Shown here piece after piece: positions 39,279-50,005 of a stretch of 64,000 nt of DNA. Within the stretch, counting starts at the first letter, position 1. Every line of letters begins with the position of its first letter. The translations under genes were made by a program, and so were the position numbers. The notes beneath the pieces were generated by a model. That model was given only the letters and a program-made list of their open reading frames with translations, did not search any database and was not told where the DNA came from. Origin of the DNA: Acidobacteriota bacterium (GTDB lineage: Bacteria > Acidobacteriota > CAIWXX01); NCBI GenBank assembly GCA_040755995.1, contig JBFMAF010000008.1, forward strand, positions 128,001 through 192,000, written 5' to 3'.

Positions 39279-41932
39279 GTCCCGCTGTGCTGCTGCCATC
39301 CGTACTCTTCGTCGCATTGCTCGTATCGATCTACCCCTGGACCCTTCACTACGACAAGAGACCCACCGTGCGCTTTCTGACGACTATGGTGCTCGCTTCG
39401 GCCTTCATCGTCATCAGCCAGGTGGCGCTCTCGCAGGCCCTGCACCGCGGGTACGTACTGGCCGTCACCCTGGTCACCATCGCGGCTCTTGCGCTCGGGC
39501 GTGTCACTTATCGCCTGATCGCGCGGAGCCGTGACGGCAGGCGGGAGCCCGCAGCACTCGCGCTGCCCACCGGCACGGTGAAGAGCAGTTGGATGGCATC
39601 TTGGAGTGCACGTGTAGGGTTGGCTCCACCTACCCTCGTCGGCGTCGCGCTCGGGCTGGTAACCGCACTCGCCTATGCGGCTCTCGTTGGCATCGTCGCG
39701 ATTGTCCCGCCGTACGGCTGGGACACACTTGTGTATCACCTGACGGATGTCTTTTACGCGATCCAGACTGCGTCGCTCGACATCTTCCCTTACCCCAGCC
39801 GCCACTTCTATTTCACGAAAGTCGGCGAGCTGCATTCGCTCTGGTTCTACTTGCTTGCCGGGCCTTCTGAGAGGTCGCTGGCGGCAGTTGTGATCGGCCT
39901 CATCCCGTTCGGCCTCACGGCCGGCCTGGGGGTGCGAGCCGCAGCGGAGGCGCTCGGACTGAAGGTAGCCCTACCCTGGATCGTCCCGGCCGTCATGCTG
40001 ACTCCGGTCGTCATGATCCAGCCGGTCTCCGGCTACGTCGACGTCGGGCTCGCAGCATTCATCCTGGCTGCACTGGCCTACGCGGTTTTGGCCGCCATCG
40101 AGGGCCGCTTCGCTCACCTGGCGTTCTGTGCCCTGGCCTCCGGCCTCGCCTTCGGCGTGAAATTCTCATTCCTGTACTTCGGAGCAACGGTGTTGCTGGT
40201 CCTGGTGAGCCGTCGAGCACTCAGGGGGCTCACGCGTGGCGGTTGGGGGATCGGGACGCTGCGCGCGGCGGTGCTGGCAGTTCTCTTCGCGAGCGGTTGC
40301 GCGTTCTGGCTGGGCCGCAACTGGGTGCGCTACGGCAACCCATTCTACCCAACGCGGGTACAGGTCGCGGGGGTGACGGTGTTCGACGGGACGCGGGACC
40401 TGCATCCTTCCAAGAAGCAGCAAGAATGGTTCGTCCCATCGACCGCATCCTGGGCGCGATATCCGTTCTACGAGACGTTCCACGGGGAGCCACGCTACAC
40501 GTTGGAGAGCGGCTTCGGCCCGCTTTTCGCCGTGGGCGTCATGGCGACGCTCATCATGGCATTCGTCGCATTGCGACGGCGTCTCTGGCTGCACCTCAGG
40601 GTGCTCCTGGCGCTGCCCATTACCATCGCGCTCTGGCTCACCGTCAACCCGTATCAGGAGCCGAGGTACATCATCGCCGCCTGCGGGTTCGCTCTGCTTG
40701 CGCTGGCGATGCTGGCCGAGGGAGCCCGCCCGTCCCGCGTCGCCATTGCCGACGGCCGCGAGACTGGCCGTGGGCCGGCCATCGCGCTTCATGCGATGGT
40801 CTCCATCGCTATCGTCGTGACGGCCGCGGGCAGCGTCGGCGCGCTGGCGCCGAAGCTTCCGGCGGTCCTCGCCGAGTGGAAGGCCGGCCGCTGGTCGCCG
40901 GGCCGTTACCTGCCGATCGAGTACGGCACCGCCGGCGATGCTTTCAATTGGTTCAACGAGGCCTCTGGCCAGGGCAAGACGGCCTCGTTCGCAAATGACA
41001 TCTTCGTTGCCCCGCTGTTCGGATGGGACTGCAGGAACAGGGTTACATACACACCTTTGAGCGGCGATTCTTCGATAGGCGATCTCCCGCGCCGGACAAC
41101 CTACAGGTCGTGGCGGAAGTTCCTGCACGACAGCGGGGTCGATTGGGTGGTTGAGTGGCTGCCATGGTGGGAGGGAGAGGGGAAGCGGCGGGCGCAGGAG
41201 TGGATCGAGCTTCATCCGGATGATTTCCGTTTGCTGGAGGACTTCGGCGGGCGCGCCCGCGTCTACGCACCCGTTTTCACGCCGGCAGAAGTGGCCGGGC
41301 TTCAGACGCTGGGCGACGGGCCGGACCTCGCCGACCTGGACCATCCCGACGCGTGGACGCTGGAGTACCGTGAGGGAATGGCGGCTTCGGTATCGAGTGA
41401 GAGGTCGCCCATCGCTTCACCAGATCCCGTCTTCTCGGACCGGCCCGAAGGCACGAACGGCGAAGTATTGGTGTCAGCGGTCGCACCCGCACAGGCGGCA
41501 CCCTTCGCGGGCATCAGGATTGATTTCGAATTCCAGTCACCCGAGAACAGCTACTGTGACTTCAGAACCGACGCGGCCGAGGGAGACTGGTCGGGCTATT
41601 CCACGCTCTCGTTCGATGTCGAGTCAGAGACCGATGTCCCGGCGTACCTGTTTGTCTACTTGAAGGACCGAGACCCTCGACAGGCATGCCGCTATCGGAT
41701 CGAGCTCGACGGAGGCAGCCGGGAAAGGAGACGTGTCACGCTGGATCTGAGCGCGCCGGAATGGAGCAAGCCCGGGTTCTCGCTCGATCGAATGGCAGAA
41801 ATACATGTGGTAGTCGACGACGTGGAGGAACGAGCGCCGGGCAAAGGGGTTCTACGCCTGGGTTCGTTCCGTCTCGAAGGAAACAATACTGTGACGAGAG
41901 AACGTGCGGCACAGAGCGGCCGTAACGGTTGA
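39275..41932 (+). CDS. GT-C-fold (ArnT/PMT-like) polytopic glycosyltransferase with C-terminal carbohydrate-binding-like domain
   Basis: WDTLVYHL, YVD, RNWVRYGNPFYP, PRY; C-terminal DWSGYSTLSFDV resembles CBM11/CIA30-type domains. Confidence 0.6.
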   Translation: MSPAVLLPSVLFVALLVSIYPWTLHYDKRPTVRFLTTMVLASAFIVISQVALSQALHRGYVLAVTLVTIAALALGRVTYRLIARSRDGRREPAALALPTGTVKSSWMASWSARVGLAPPTLVGVALGLVTALAYAALVGIVAIVPPYGWDTLVYHLTDVFYAIQTASLDIFPYPSRHFYFTKVGELHSLWFYLLAGPSERSLAAVVIGLIPFGLTAGLGVRAAAEALGLKVALPWIVPAVMLTPVVMIQPVSGYVDVGLAAFILAALAYAVLAAIEGRFAHLAFCALASGLAFGVKFSFLYFGATVLLVLVSRRALRGLTRGGWGIGTLRAAVLAVLFASGCAFWLGRNWVRYGNPFYPTRVQVAGVTVFDGTRDLHPSKKQQEWFVPSTASWARYPFYETFHGEPRYTLESGFGPLFAVGVMATLIMAFVALRRRLWLHLRVLLALPITIALWLTVNPYQEPRYIIAACGFALLALAMLAEGARPSRVAIADGRETGRGPAIALHAMVSIAIVVTAAGSVGALAPKLPAVLAEWKAGRWSPGRYLPIEYGTAGDAFNWFNEASGQGKTASFANDIFVAPLFGWDCRNRVTYTPLSGDSSIGDLPRRTTYRSWRKFLHDSGVDWVVEWLPWWEGEGKRRAQEWIELHPDDFRLLEDFGGRARVYAPVFTPAEVAGLQTLGDGPDLADLDHPDAWTLEYREGMAASVSSERSPIASPDPVFSDRPEGTNGEVLVSAVAPAQAAPFAGIRIDFEFQSPENSYCDFRTDAAEGDWSGYSTLSFDVESETDVPAYLFVYLKDRDPRQACRYRIELDGGSRERRRVTLDLSAPEWSKPGFSLDRMAEIHVVVDDVEERAPGKGVLRLGSFRLEGNNTVTRERAAQSGRNG

Positions 41933-41942
41933 AGGCAGAGAA

Positions 41943-44393
41943 ATGAGAAAAGACAAGAAGCAATCAAGAAGCGTTCCGTGCACGTCCCGTGGACGTGGCG
42001 GAAGGCAGTTTGTAACCCAACTGGCGTGCGCTGCGTTGATCGCCATTACGTCCAGTGGTGCCGGCGCGACGCCGGCGGCGCCCGGCGGCGGGTCTACCGT
42101 TGATCCGCTGGATGTGGCGCGCGGACTGGTCGAGGCCAGGCAGTACAGCGATGCTCTGCCGATCCTCGATGAGCGTCTCGCAGGCGCACCGGACGATGCG
42201 CGCGCGCTGGCGCTGAGAGGCGCGGCGAATCGCGGGCTCGGGCGACTTGACTACGCGCGGAGCGACTACGATCGTCTCGTGAAATTGCACCCAACGGAGC
42301 CGGAACCATGGTTCTGGCTCGCGACGATCGACCGGTGGGCCGGCAGGGCTGAGGCCGCGGTGGCGGAGTATGGGCAGGCGATCGAGCTTCGTGCCTGCAA
42401 TCTCGACGCGCTCAAAGGCCGCGCGCTGGTGCACAGGCACGCGGGGAACACAACAGGCGCGATGGAGGACCTGCAGTCGGCGCTGCGCTGCAAGCCGGGA
42501 GACGCCGAGGCGTCCTCGTATCTCGCGGAGATACTCGGGCGCCTCCGCCGGGAGGATGAGGCGGAGCAGACGCTCCGAGCTGCGTTCCAGGGGGCGGAGC
42601 TCGAGAAGAAGCTCGGCGATCTCATGCTTTCATCCGGAAAGGCCGACAGCGCGGTGGATCACTACCGCAAGGCCGTGAACATGGCTCCGAACGACGTCTC
42701 CGCAATGCGCGGCCTGGCCGAAGCGCAGCGGCAGAACGGCGACTCGAGAGCGGCACTCGACGGCTACCGCGGGATTCTGCGGATCGATCCTCAGGACTCC
42801 GGCGCCCTCTACTGGGTCGGAGTCCTCGCCACGCGTCTCGGCTACAGGGACGAGGCCATGAGCGCATACAACGCCATGCTCGAGAAGAAGCCCGATGACG
42901 CGGGAGCGCTGGTGGGGAAGGCGCGCCTGTTCCGGTCGGACGGGCGCACCCTCGACGCGATGGCGATGGTGGACCAGGCGCTGGCGGTCTCGCCGGACAA
43001 CTCCGAGGCGCGCGTGCTCCGCGGCATGCTCCTCGTCTCCACCGGTAGAACCCTCGAGGCGCGCAACGAGTACCGCACCGTCCTCAGGACGCACCCGCTC
43101 GACAGAGACGCCATCACTGCAATGGATCGAATCGGCCCCGAGCGCGCTCTCAGGTTCAATGGGCGGGCTAATCGCAGCGACGTCATCGAGGGGCTGGACG
43201 AGGCGGGCCTGCAGTACGAAGGATATACCATCCAGCCATCGCGAATTCGCTATGACATCCAGGGCGGCGGCACCGGCGTCGAGTACGCCATGAAGGACGG
43301 GCTCGACTTCCTCGCGGACCTGTCGCTCACGCGTGAGGCCGTCAAGAACCTGGATTTCGATTCCACGATCTACGACTTCAACGTCCTCGCCGGCACGGCC
43401 GGATTCGATCACAAGTTCTCGCGAAACTGGAAGCTCTCATGGTACCTCGGCGGCAGCAGGTATGAGCCGAACCAGGCCGGCACGATAGATACCGAGAGCC
43501 ATTTCAAAGGCGGGGTCGAGGTGGAGACACAGTATACGCGCTCGCGATTCTCCGCGTCGCTCTCGCGTGGCTCGTTCATCCAGCGAGGATTTGCGAGCGA
43601 CTTCCAGTTCAGGATCTTCGACTACGAGCGGGCATCGGTGGCGCTGGATCGCACGCTCGCCCATGGCCTCTCGGGGTCGCTCTGGGCAGGCGTCTCCCAT
43701 TTCAGCGACGGAAACTCGCCGTTCTCCGCCGGGGCCTCGCTCGGCTGGTCGCGCGCCGAACGCTCGGCCACCTTGCGGTACCGGCACGATCCCTTTCCAG
43801 CCCGCTTCTTCGGCGACGACCTCAGCCTCGACTTCATCGATCTCGACGTGATCTCGCTCTCCGGGCGGACGCCGATCGCTTACGGGTTCACGCTTTATGC
43901 CGAGGGCCTGGTCGGCCGCTACGGAAAGACGCAGCGCACGATTTACGTCGACGTCGACAACGACGGCATCCTGAACAAGCTTGCCGGACCGTTCGAGAAC
44001 AACGTCGAGCGCGCAGTGCGCGCATCGCTCTCCTGGGCCCCGCCACAGGCGAAGTTCATGAGCTTCGGGACCCAATACGTCTCGGACGATTTCGACTTTA
44101 ACACCGGTCCCTACAACACGAACAGTACGCACGGTTGGTCGTTCTACGCCGAGCTGAACGGCGACATGCCTGGACGCCTGTCCTACTCGGCTCGATATGC
44201 CCGTGGGGTCCTGGGGGACGAGCGCGACAGCCACTACACCAGCAACGAGTATCTGGCCCGGCTCGACGCACGGCTCGGCAAGGTTGATCGTGAGCCCGGA
44301 CCTCTGCGCTTCTCGCTCGAGGGGATGTTCAAGGACAACGCGTTGGAAGAAGAGGGTTCCCGGTTCCTCGGATACCTGACGATCCCGTTCTAG
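41943..44393 (+). CDS. TPR-repeat protein fused to a putative outer-membrane beta-barrel
   Basis: Signal peptide, about ten TPRs, then amphipathic beta-strands ending FLGYLTIPF (C-terminal Phe). Confidence 0.75.
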   Translation: MRKDKKQSRSVPCTSRGRGGRQFVTQLACAALIAITSSGAGATPAAPGGGSTVDPLDVARGLVEARQYSDALPILDERLAGAPDDARALALRGAANRGLGRLDYARSDYDRLVKLHPTEPEPWFWLATIDRWAGRAEAAVAEYGQAIELRACNLDALKGRALVHRHAGNTTGAMEDLQSALRCKPGDAEASSYLAEILGRLRREDEAEQTLRAAFQGAELEKKLGDLMLSSGKADSAVDHYRKAVNMAPNDVSAMRGLAEAQRQNGDSRAALDGYRGILRIDPQDSGALYWVGVLATRLGYRDEAMSAYNAMLEKKPDDAGALVGKARLFRSDGRTLDAMAMVDQALAVSPDNSEARVLRGMLLVSTGRTLEARNEYRTVLRTHPLDRDAITAMDRIGPERALRFNGRANRSDVIEGLDEAGLQYEGYTIQPSRIRYDIQGGGTGVEYAMKDGLDFLADLSLTREAVKNLDFDSTIYDFNVLAGTAGFDHKFSRNWKLSWYLGGSRYEPNQAGTIDTESHFKGGVEVETQYTRSRFSASLSRGSFIQRGFASDFQFRIFDYERASVALDRTLAHGLSGSLWAGVSHFSDGNSPFSAGASLGWSRAERSATLRYRHDPFPARFFGDDLSLDFIDLDVISLSGRTPIAYGFTLYAEGLVGRYGKTQRTIYVDVDNDGILNKLAGPFENNVERAVRASLSWAPPQAKFMSFGTQYVSDDFDFNTGPYNTNSTHGWSFYAELNGDMPGRLSYSARYARGVLGDERDSHYTSNEYLARLDARLGKVDREPGPLRFSLEGMFKDNALEEEGSRFLGYLTIPF

Positions 44394-44498
44394 CGAGTGG
44401 CGGCCTCACGCCGATGAGGCATGCGAGGCTGCTTTGGCCGCGCCTCGCGTGGAGAGTGACCACCGTAGGAAATCTGCTGACGCAGGAGGGTTTGGAAA

Positions 44499-44900
44499 AT
44501 GAAAAACGGGAATGGTTCTCAGAAGAACTGCATAGTGATTGCCGAAGATGACGATCTGACGGGGGAGCTGATCGAGGCCGTCGCGGCCAGGCCTGGCCGC
44601 CAGGTGCTCAGGGCAAACGATGGCGAGGCCGCGTTGAGGCTGATCCGGGAGCACCAGCCGCAGCTGGTGGTGCTGGACCTGTTCATTCCGATAAGGGGCG
44701 GCATGGAGGTCCTCCGGTTGGCTCGGAAGGAGGGAGACCCGAAACGGCCGCGTGTACTGGTGCTTAGTGCGCAGGGTCAATTGGGTACTGAGGAGGAAGC
44801 GCGACGGTCAGGTGCCGATGACTTTCTCGCGAAGCCCTTCATCCCCGGCGAGCTCGCGGCACGCATCGACCGGCTGCTGGGAAAGGAGGCCGTGCAATGA
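44499..44900 (+). CDS. Single-domain response regulator
   Basis: IAEDD, VLDLFIP, VLSA, AKPF. Confidence 0.88.
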   Translation: MKNGNGSQKNCIVIAEDDDLTGELIEAVAARPGRQVLRANDGEAALRLIREHQPQLVVLDLFIPIRGGMEVLRLARKEGDPKRPRVLVLSAQGQLGTEEEARRSGADDFLAKPFIPGELAARIDRLLGKEAVQ

Positions 44901-46090
44901 TCGGCGGGTATCTGTCCCAGACGTTCGGGTACACGCTGTTCATGATCCTGGCAGCGGTCGTACTGACTCTCGGTGCGGTTGTTACCGTAGTCTGCTTCGC
45001 TCTGCTCGCGCATCACATGCTCAGCAGCCGCCGGCGTCAATACCGTGCCGCGCTCGTCGCGCGCGCGATCAAGCTGCTCGCACCTGTAGTGGCAACGGGT
45101 GGGGATCTGGACCTGGCGGTTGCCGACGCGAGGCGGAGAGTGGGCGACCGCGCGGTCGCCGAGGTGCTGCGCCGGGCGCGCCTGGAGCTCAAGGGGGCGG
45201 TTGCCTCCCAGCTCTCCCGCCTGCTCTCCGAGATGGGGGAGACCAGCCGGCTGGCACAGGAAGCGAGATCGCGGCGGACCTGGAAGCGCACGGCGGCGAT
45301 ACGCGGCCTGGGCGAGTGCGGCGGGGATCAGGCCTGCAACTACCTCATAACCGCGGCGCAGGACCCGCAGCCTGCTGTGCGCAGGGCAGCGCGTGACGCG
45401 CTGCTCTCGGACCGCCGTGAGGAATCTGTGCGTGCGGCCGTCATCAGCTTCCTCGACGACGTGCCGAAGCGCTCGGGTTGGCGTCGCGAGTTCTATTCCC
45501 GGCTGGCCTCGGTGGCCTCCGGCGCACTGCTCGACCTCACCACGTCCGGCAAGTTGGAGCCGCGCGAGGAGAAGCTCGCGCTCGAGGCGCTCGGAGACGT
45601 GCGTGAGCGCCGGGCGATCCCTCACGCCCGGGCAAGGCTGAGCGCCGAGGATGCCGAGCTCCGCGCCACCGCTGTCCGGGTGCTCGGGAAGCTGGGCGAT
45701 ATCGAGAGCGAGCAGTCGATGGTTCGCCTCCTTGACGACCCCGAGTCATTCGTGCGATCCACGGCGGCGCGCGCCATCGAGGCTATTCCGGCGCAGGCCT
45801 CCACGCTCGACGCCCTCGGCAAGAGGCTCACGGACCCCGTCTGGTGGGTGCGGGCCAACGCCGCTCATACGCTCGCGCACAAGGGCGAGGACGGGGCGCA
45901 GATCCTGGTGGAGATCATGGAAGGATCCGATCGCTACGCACAACAGATCTCGATTTCGGCGTTGACCCACGTCAACTTCAGCAGGGCGATTCAAGAGCGT
46001 CTCGAGCAGCTGCTGCCCCGTTTCTCAAGCGACCCCGAGACGGGGGCTATGCTGGCGCTCTTGCGGACGGCCCAAGGAGCAGCACAATGA
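44897..46090 (+). CDS. Membrane-anchored HEAT-repeat protein
   Basis: N-terminal TM; repeats such as LLDDPESFVRSTAARAI and LTDPVWWVRANAAHTL. Confidence 0.85.
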   Translation: MIGGYLSQTFGYTLFMILAAVVLTLGAVVTVVCFALLAHHMLSSRRRQYRAALVARAIKLLAPVVATGGDLDLAVADARRRVGDRAVAEVLRRARLELKGAVASQLSRLLSEMGETSRLAQEARSRRTWKRTAAIRGLGECGGDQACNYLITAAQDPQPAVRRAARDALLSDRREESVRAAVISFLDDVPKRSGWRREFYSRLASVASGALLDLTTSGKLEPREEKLALEALGDVRERRAIPHARARLSAEDAELRATAVRVLGKLGDIESEQSMVRLLDDPESFVRSTAARAIEAIPAQASTLDALGKRLTDPVWWVRANAAHTLAHKGEDGAQILVEIMEGSDRYAQQISISALTHVNFSRAIQERLEQLLPRFSSDPETGAMLALLRTAQGAAQ

Positions 46091-47520
46091 TTTTCGAAAA
46101 CGTGCTCGATATCGGCCAGTTGGTGATCCTCATCTACTTCCTGGCCCTCAACAGCGCCTACCTGTCATTCACGGTGATCGCCTTCTTCGATCTGGTGAAG
46201 TACAGGAGGAAGCTCTATCGCGGCGATCTCCGAGTCGTGCTGACAGAGAACGCGTACAGGCCCATCTCGATTCTGGTGCCGGCTCACAACGAGAGAGAAA
46301 CCATCGTCTCCAACGTTCGCTCACTCCTCGCGCTTGGGTACCCCGAATTCGAGATCATCGTGATCAACGACGGCTCGACCGACGACACAGTGGATGTTCT
46401 GCGGCAGGCATTCGGCCTGTTTCTGGTGCCGGCGGCCACGCGGGTCGCCATCAAGTCGAAGCCGTTCAAGGCCGTCTACCGGTCTCTCGACCACCCCAGC
46501 CTGGTCGTCGTGGACAAAGAGAACGGAGGCAAGAGCGACGCTCTGAACGCCGGGTTGAACGTGGCGAGCTACCCGCTGTACTGCTCGATCGACGCCGATT
46601 CGCTGCTGGAATCGGATGCGGTGCTGCGAGTGGCGAGGGCGTTCGCGGAAGACGAGCGGATCGTGGCCGCGGGCGGCATCGTCCGCGTGCTCAACGGTTC
46701 GGTGGTGTCGGAGGGGCGGGTGGTTGAGGCGCAGTCGCCTGGCCGCCCGATGCTGCTCGCGCAGGCCCTCGAGTACATCCGCGGATTCCTCACCGGGCGT
46801 ACGGCGCTGGCGAGGCTCAATTCATTGATGATCATCTCCGGCGCATTCGGCATCTTCCGCAAGGACGCGGTGATCGCGGCCGGTGGCTATCGCCGTGACA
46901 CGGTGTGCGAGGACATGGAGCTCATCGTGAGGCTCCATCGGCGCTCGCGCGAGCGCAAGGAGCCCGGCAAGGTCATCTTCGTCCCCGACCCGATCTGTTG
47001 GACGCAGATCCCCTCGGATTGGCGATCTTTGCTCCGCCAGCGCGACAGGTGGCAGCGAGGCCTTCTGGAATCGCTCTGGATGCATCGCCGCATGTTCCTG
47101 AATCCACGCTACGGCTCAGCGGGGCTCATCGCGATGCCGTACTACACGCTCTTCGAAGCGATTGGACCGCTGGTCGAGGCATTCGGGTACCTGTTCATCG
47201 TGGCGCTGTGGCTTCTGGGGCGTCTCGAAACGGAGTTCGCGGTGCTCTTCTTTCTCTTCGCGATCCTCTACGATATCGTGCTGACCGTCGGTGCGCTGAT
47301 ACTGGACGACCTGCTCTTCAGGCGATATAGCAGAACCTTCGATCTCGCGCGGATGATAGCCGGGTCGTTCATGGCGTACCTGGGGTATCGCCAGATACTG
47401 GCGTTCCAGCGCAGCCTCTCGTTCGTCACCGTGTTCATCAAGCGGCGGAAGTGGGAGAAGGTCAAGCGTCAGGCCATTTCGCCTGCGCCGGTGCGGATGC
47501 AGGAAGCAGGAGGGCGCTGA
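46087..47520 (+). CDS. GT2 processive glycosyltransferase (PgaC/cellulose-synthase-like)
   Basis: VPAHNE, NDGSTD, GGKSDALN, IDADS (DxD), CEDME, QRDRW (QxxRW); TM segments at both ends. Confidence 0.92.
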   Translation: MIFENVLDIGQLVILIYFLALNSAYLSFTVIAFFDLVKYRRKLYRGDLRVVLTENAYRPISILVPAHNERETIVSNVRSLLALGYPEFEIIVINDGSTDDTVDVLRQAFGLFLVPAATRVAIKSKPFKAVYRSLDHPSLVVVDKENGGKSDALNAGLNVASYPLYCSIDADSLLESDAVLRVARAFAEDERIVAAGGIVRVLNGSVVSEGRVVEAQSPGRPMLLAQALEYIRGFLTGRTALARLNSLMIISGAFGIFRKDAVIAAGGYRRDTVCEDMELIVRLHRRSRERKEPGKVIFVPDPICWTQIPSDWRSLLRQRDRWQRGLLESLWMHRRMFLNPRYGSAGLIAMPYYTLFEAIGPLVEAFGYLFIVALWLLGRLETEFAVLFFLFAILYDIVLTVGALILDDLLFRRYSRTFDLARMIAGSFMAYLGYRQILAFQRSLSFVTVFIKRRKWEKVKRQAISPAPVRMQEAGGR

Positions 47521-47521
47521 G

Positions 47522-48721
47522 ATGAGATCACTACGCTGGTCCTGGCCGATCTGGGCTGTGGCGATGTTGGTCGCGGTGCCGTGGATTGTCTACGTGCTGA
47601 GAGCGGAGCAGCCGCTCAAGGTCGTCGTACTGGACAAGACGGTGCCATACGAGACCCGCAAGGAACACCGGTCGCTCTTCTGGCTGCTTGGTCACCTCAA
47701 AGTGGTGCAACCGGATGGGGCGCCGTATGATCCGAGCAAAGACTACGTCGGGGCATTCCCCGGCGCGGAGCCCGGCGACCCGCCGGCCCGCACGGTGGAT
47801 CTCACTACCGAGGTGGCGATGCAGGCCGATTTGATCTACCTCGCCGACACATACGGTGTGTACACCGGGGATCTCGCGTCGAAGGCATCGATGAAGGAAG
47901 CGCTCGAGAGGAGCCGGCGGATATACGGAGGCTTGACTGTGCAGGAGGCTAATGCGGTGGTCGCGGCGGCCGAGTCAGGCAAGACCGTCGTGGCCGAGTT
48001 CAACACGTTGGGCAGCCCCACGAGCCCCGAGGCGCGAGAGACTCTGGAGAGCCTGCTCGGCATCCGCTGGACGCGGTGGATCGGGAGGTTCTTCCCGAGG
48101 CTCGAGGACGAGAGCGAGGTGCCGGAGTGGATGAGGAAGAACTACGAGCGCGAGTGGAGGCAGAATTGGGACTTCACCGGCCCCGGCTACGTGCTGCTTC
48201 AGGACGACGTGCATTGCGAGGTTCTGCGCGTAGGGCAGGAGGCCGAGCAGTTGGGACTCCGGATTGAGAAGGAGAACAAAGCCGAACCGCTGCTTCGAGG
48301 GGCGCGCGAGGCCACCGTGTATCCGTACTGGTTCGACATCGTCGTCACGCAGCCCGGCACGCAGACTCTAGCGCGCTTCGAGTGGAACCTGACGCCGGCA
48401 GGCTACGAGCGCCTGAGGGCACGCGGCTTGCCGACTTCCTTCCCGGCGGTTACCTATCGCCAGGCTGCCAACCAGGGCAAGACCTTCTACTTCGCAGGCG
48501 ACTTCGCCGATAACCCGATGCGCTCGCGCGCGGTCCCCCTGGCCGGCTACATGACCTTTCGCCGTTGGATGGAGAGCGGCTTCCTGGCGACGAGCAGGCA
48601 AGCGTTCTACTGGCGCTTCTACGCGCCGATGGTAGCGAACATCCTGAACAGCGCGGCCGACGAGCGCGCAACCGCAGTGGCCCTGGGCCGCCTGAACGCG
48701 CATGAGCCCGTCGGCCCGTAA
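47522..48721 (+). CDS. Membrane-anchored exported hypothetical protein of the GT2 operon
   Basis: N-terminal TM; LDKTVP...EHRSLFWLL, IYLADTYGVY, AEFNT, YFAGDFAD; starts 1 nt after the GT2 stop. Confidence 0.7.
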   Translation: MRSLRWSWPIWAVAMLVAVPWIVYVLRAEQPLKVVVLDKTVPYETRKEHRSLFWLLGHLKVVQPDGAPYDPSKDYVGAFPGAEPGDPPARTVDLTTEVAMQADLIYLADTYGVYTGDLASKASMKEALERSRRIYGGLTVQEANAVVAAAESGKTVVAEFNTLGSPTSPEARETLESLLGIRWTRWIGRFFPRLEDESEVPEWMRKNYEREWRQNWDFTGPGYVLLQDDVHCEVLRVGQEAEQLGLRIEKENKAEPLLRGAREATVYPYWFDIVVTQPGTQTLARFEWNLTPAGYERLRARGLPTSFPAVTYRQAANQGKTFYFAGDFADNPMRSRAVPLAGYMTFRRWMESGFLATSRQAFYWRFYAPMVANILNSAADERATAVALGRLNAHEPVGP

Positions 48722-48919
48722 GGTGCAGCGACGAGCACGACGGATCGATAGGAGGTAAAGCACGCCTCATCCCGGCCGCGAGGGATGCGGGGTACTACGC
48801 CCCGTCGCGTTTGCTGATTACGCCGGAGTGGTGTCTTCAGACATCCCTGTAGCCGAGCGTGTCGCGTAGCAATGCCACGGCCCGGGCCGGCGTCATCCGT
48901 TCCTTCTCGCCCGGGGCGC

Positions 48920-50005
48920 TCACGACTTGCTTCCGCTCTCCAACAATCGCTGGCGCGCGATCGCCAGGGACTCGTGCAGCTTCTTCCGCAGCACATCGCG
49001 GGGCGGCAACTCGGTCAGGTACTCCGCCACATGGATGCCGGCCCGGCCGAGGTCGAGGTACTCCACTGTCTCACGCTTCTTGCCGGCACAGAGAATGATC
49101 GCAAGAGGGGCATCCTCACCTGGCTGGCGCTCGTTGCGGTCCAGCCAACGCAGGTACAGCTCCACCTGCCCCTTGTCTGCGGGCTTGAAGTCACCCAGCT
49201 TCAACTCCACCACGATCAGGCGTTTCAGGCGGCGGTGGAAGAAGAGCAGATCCATGTAGTAGTCATCGCCGTCGAGCGTGATGCGCTTCTGTCGCTCGAC
49301 GAAAGAAAATCCGGTGCCCAGTTCCAGCAGGAAGCGCTCGATCTCGCGGAGCAGCGCAGACTCCAGGTCCTTCTCGCTGTATGTGTCTTTGAGGCCAAGG
49401 AAATCGAGCAGGTATGGGTCCTGGAAGACGAGGTCTGGGGTGAGCTTGTCGTCGGTGCGCAGGTGGTCCAACTCTTTGCGAATGAGTTGGGCCGGTTTCT
49501 TGGATAGAGCGGTGCGCTCATAGAGCATCCCATCGATCTTCTGCCGCAACGTGCGTACGCTCCATCGCTCGATGCGACACATCTCGGCATAGAAGTCGCG
49601 CTGGAGGCCATCTTTGAGCGGGATGAGGGCGACGAAGTGGGTCCAGCTCAATTGTCGCATCAGTGATACGACAATCTCCTTCTCGCTGAAGACTTCCGCG
49701 AACTGAACCATCCGGCGCAGGTTCTTCTCCTCGAACCCACGTCCGAATTCCGGGAGCAATCTTGCAGACAGTGCCTGCAAAACCTCTTTCCCGTACTCGG
49801 CGCGCTTCTCCTTGAGTACATCCTTTCGAATCCGCGCGCCGATCTGCCAGTAGAGCATAGTCAGTCCGGCATTCACGGCATGTGCCACGTGCTGTCGTGC
49901 GGCCTCGATCATCTGCCGGATTTCTGTCGCGAGCGCGTCGGGCTGGGTCACAACGGCGGACAAGCCGGACTTCTTCAACACCGGCTTCTTTGATGGAGCG
50001 ATCAT
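48920..50005 (-). CDS. DUF1016/YhcG-like PD-(D/E)XK nuclease-domain protein
   Basis: YWQIG, LSWTHF, WSVRTL, DPYLLDFL, FLLELGTGFSFV, DLLFFHRRL...VELK. Confidence 0.92.
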   Translation of the reverse strand: MIAPSKKPVLKKSGLSAVVTQPDALATEIRQMIEAARQHVAHAVNAGLTMLYWQIGARIRKDVLKEKRAEYGKEVLQALSARLLPEFGRGFEEKNLRRMVQFAEVFSEKEIVVSLMRQLSWTHFVALIPLKDGLQRDFYAEMCRIERWSVRTLRQKIDGMLYERTALSKKPAQLIRKELDHLRTDDKLTPDLVFQDPYLLDFLGLKDTYSEKDLESALLREIERFLLELGTGFSFVERQKRITLDGDDYYMDLLFFHRRLKRLIVVELKLGDFKPADKGQVELYLRWLDRNERQPGEDAPLAIILCAGKKRETVEYLDLGRAGIHVAEYLTELPPRDVLRKKLHESLAIARQRLLESGSKS

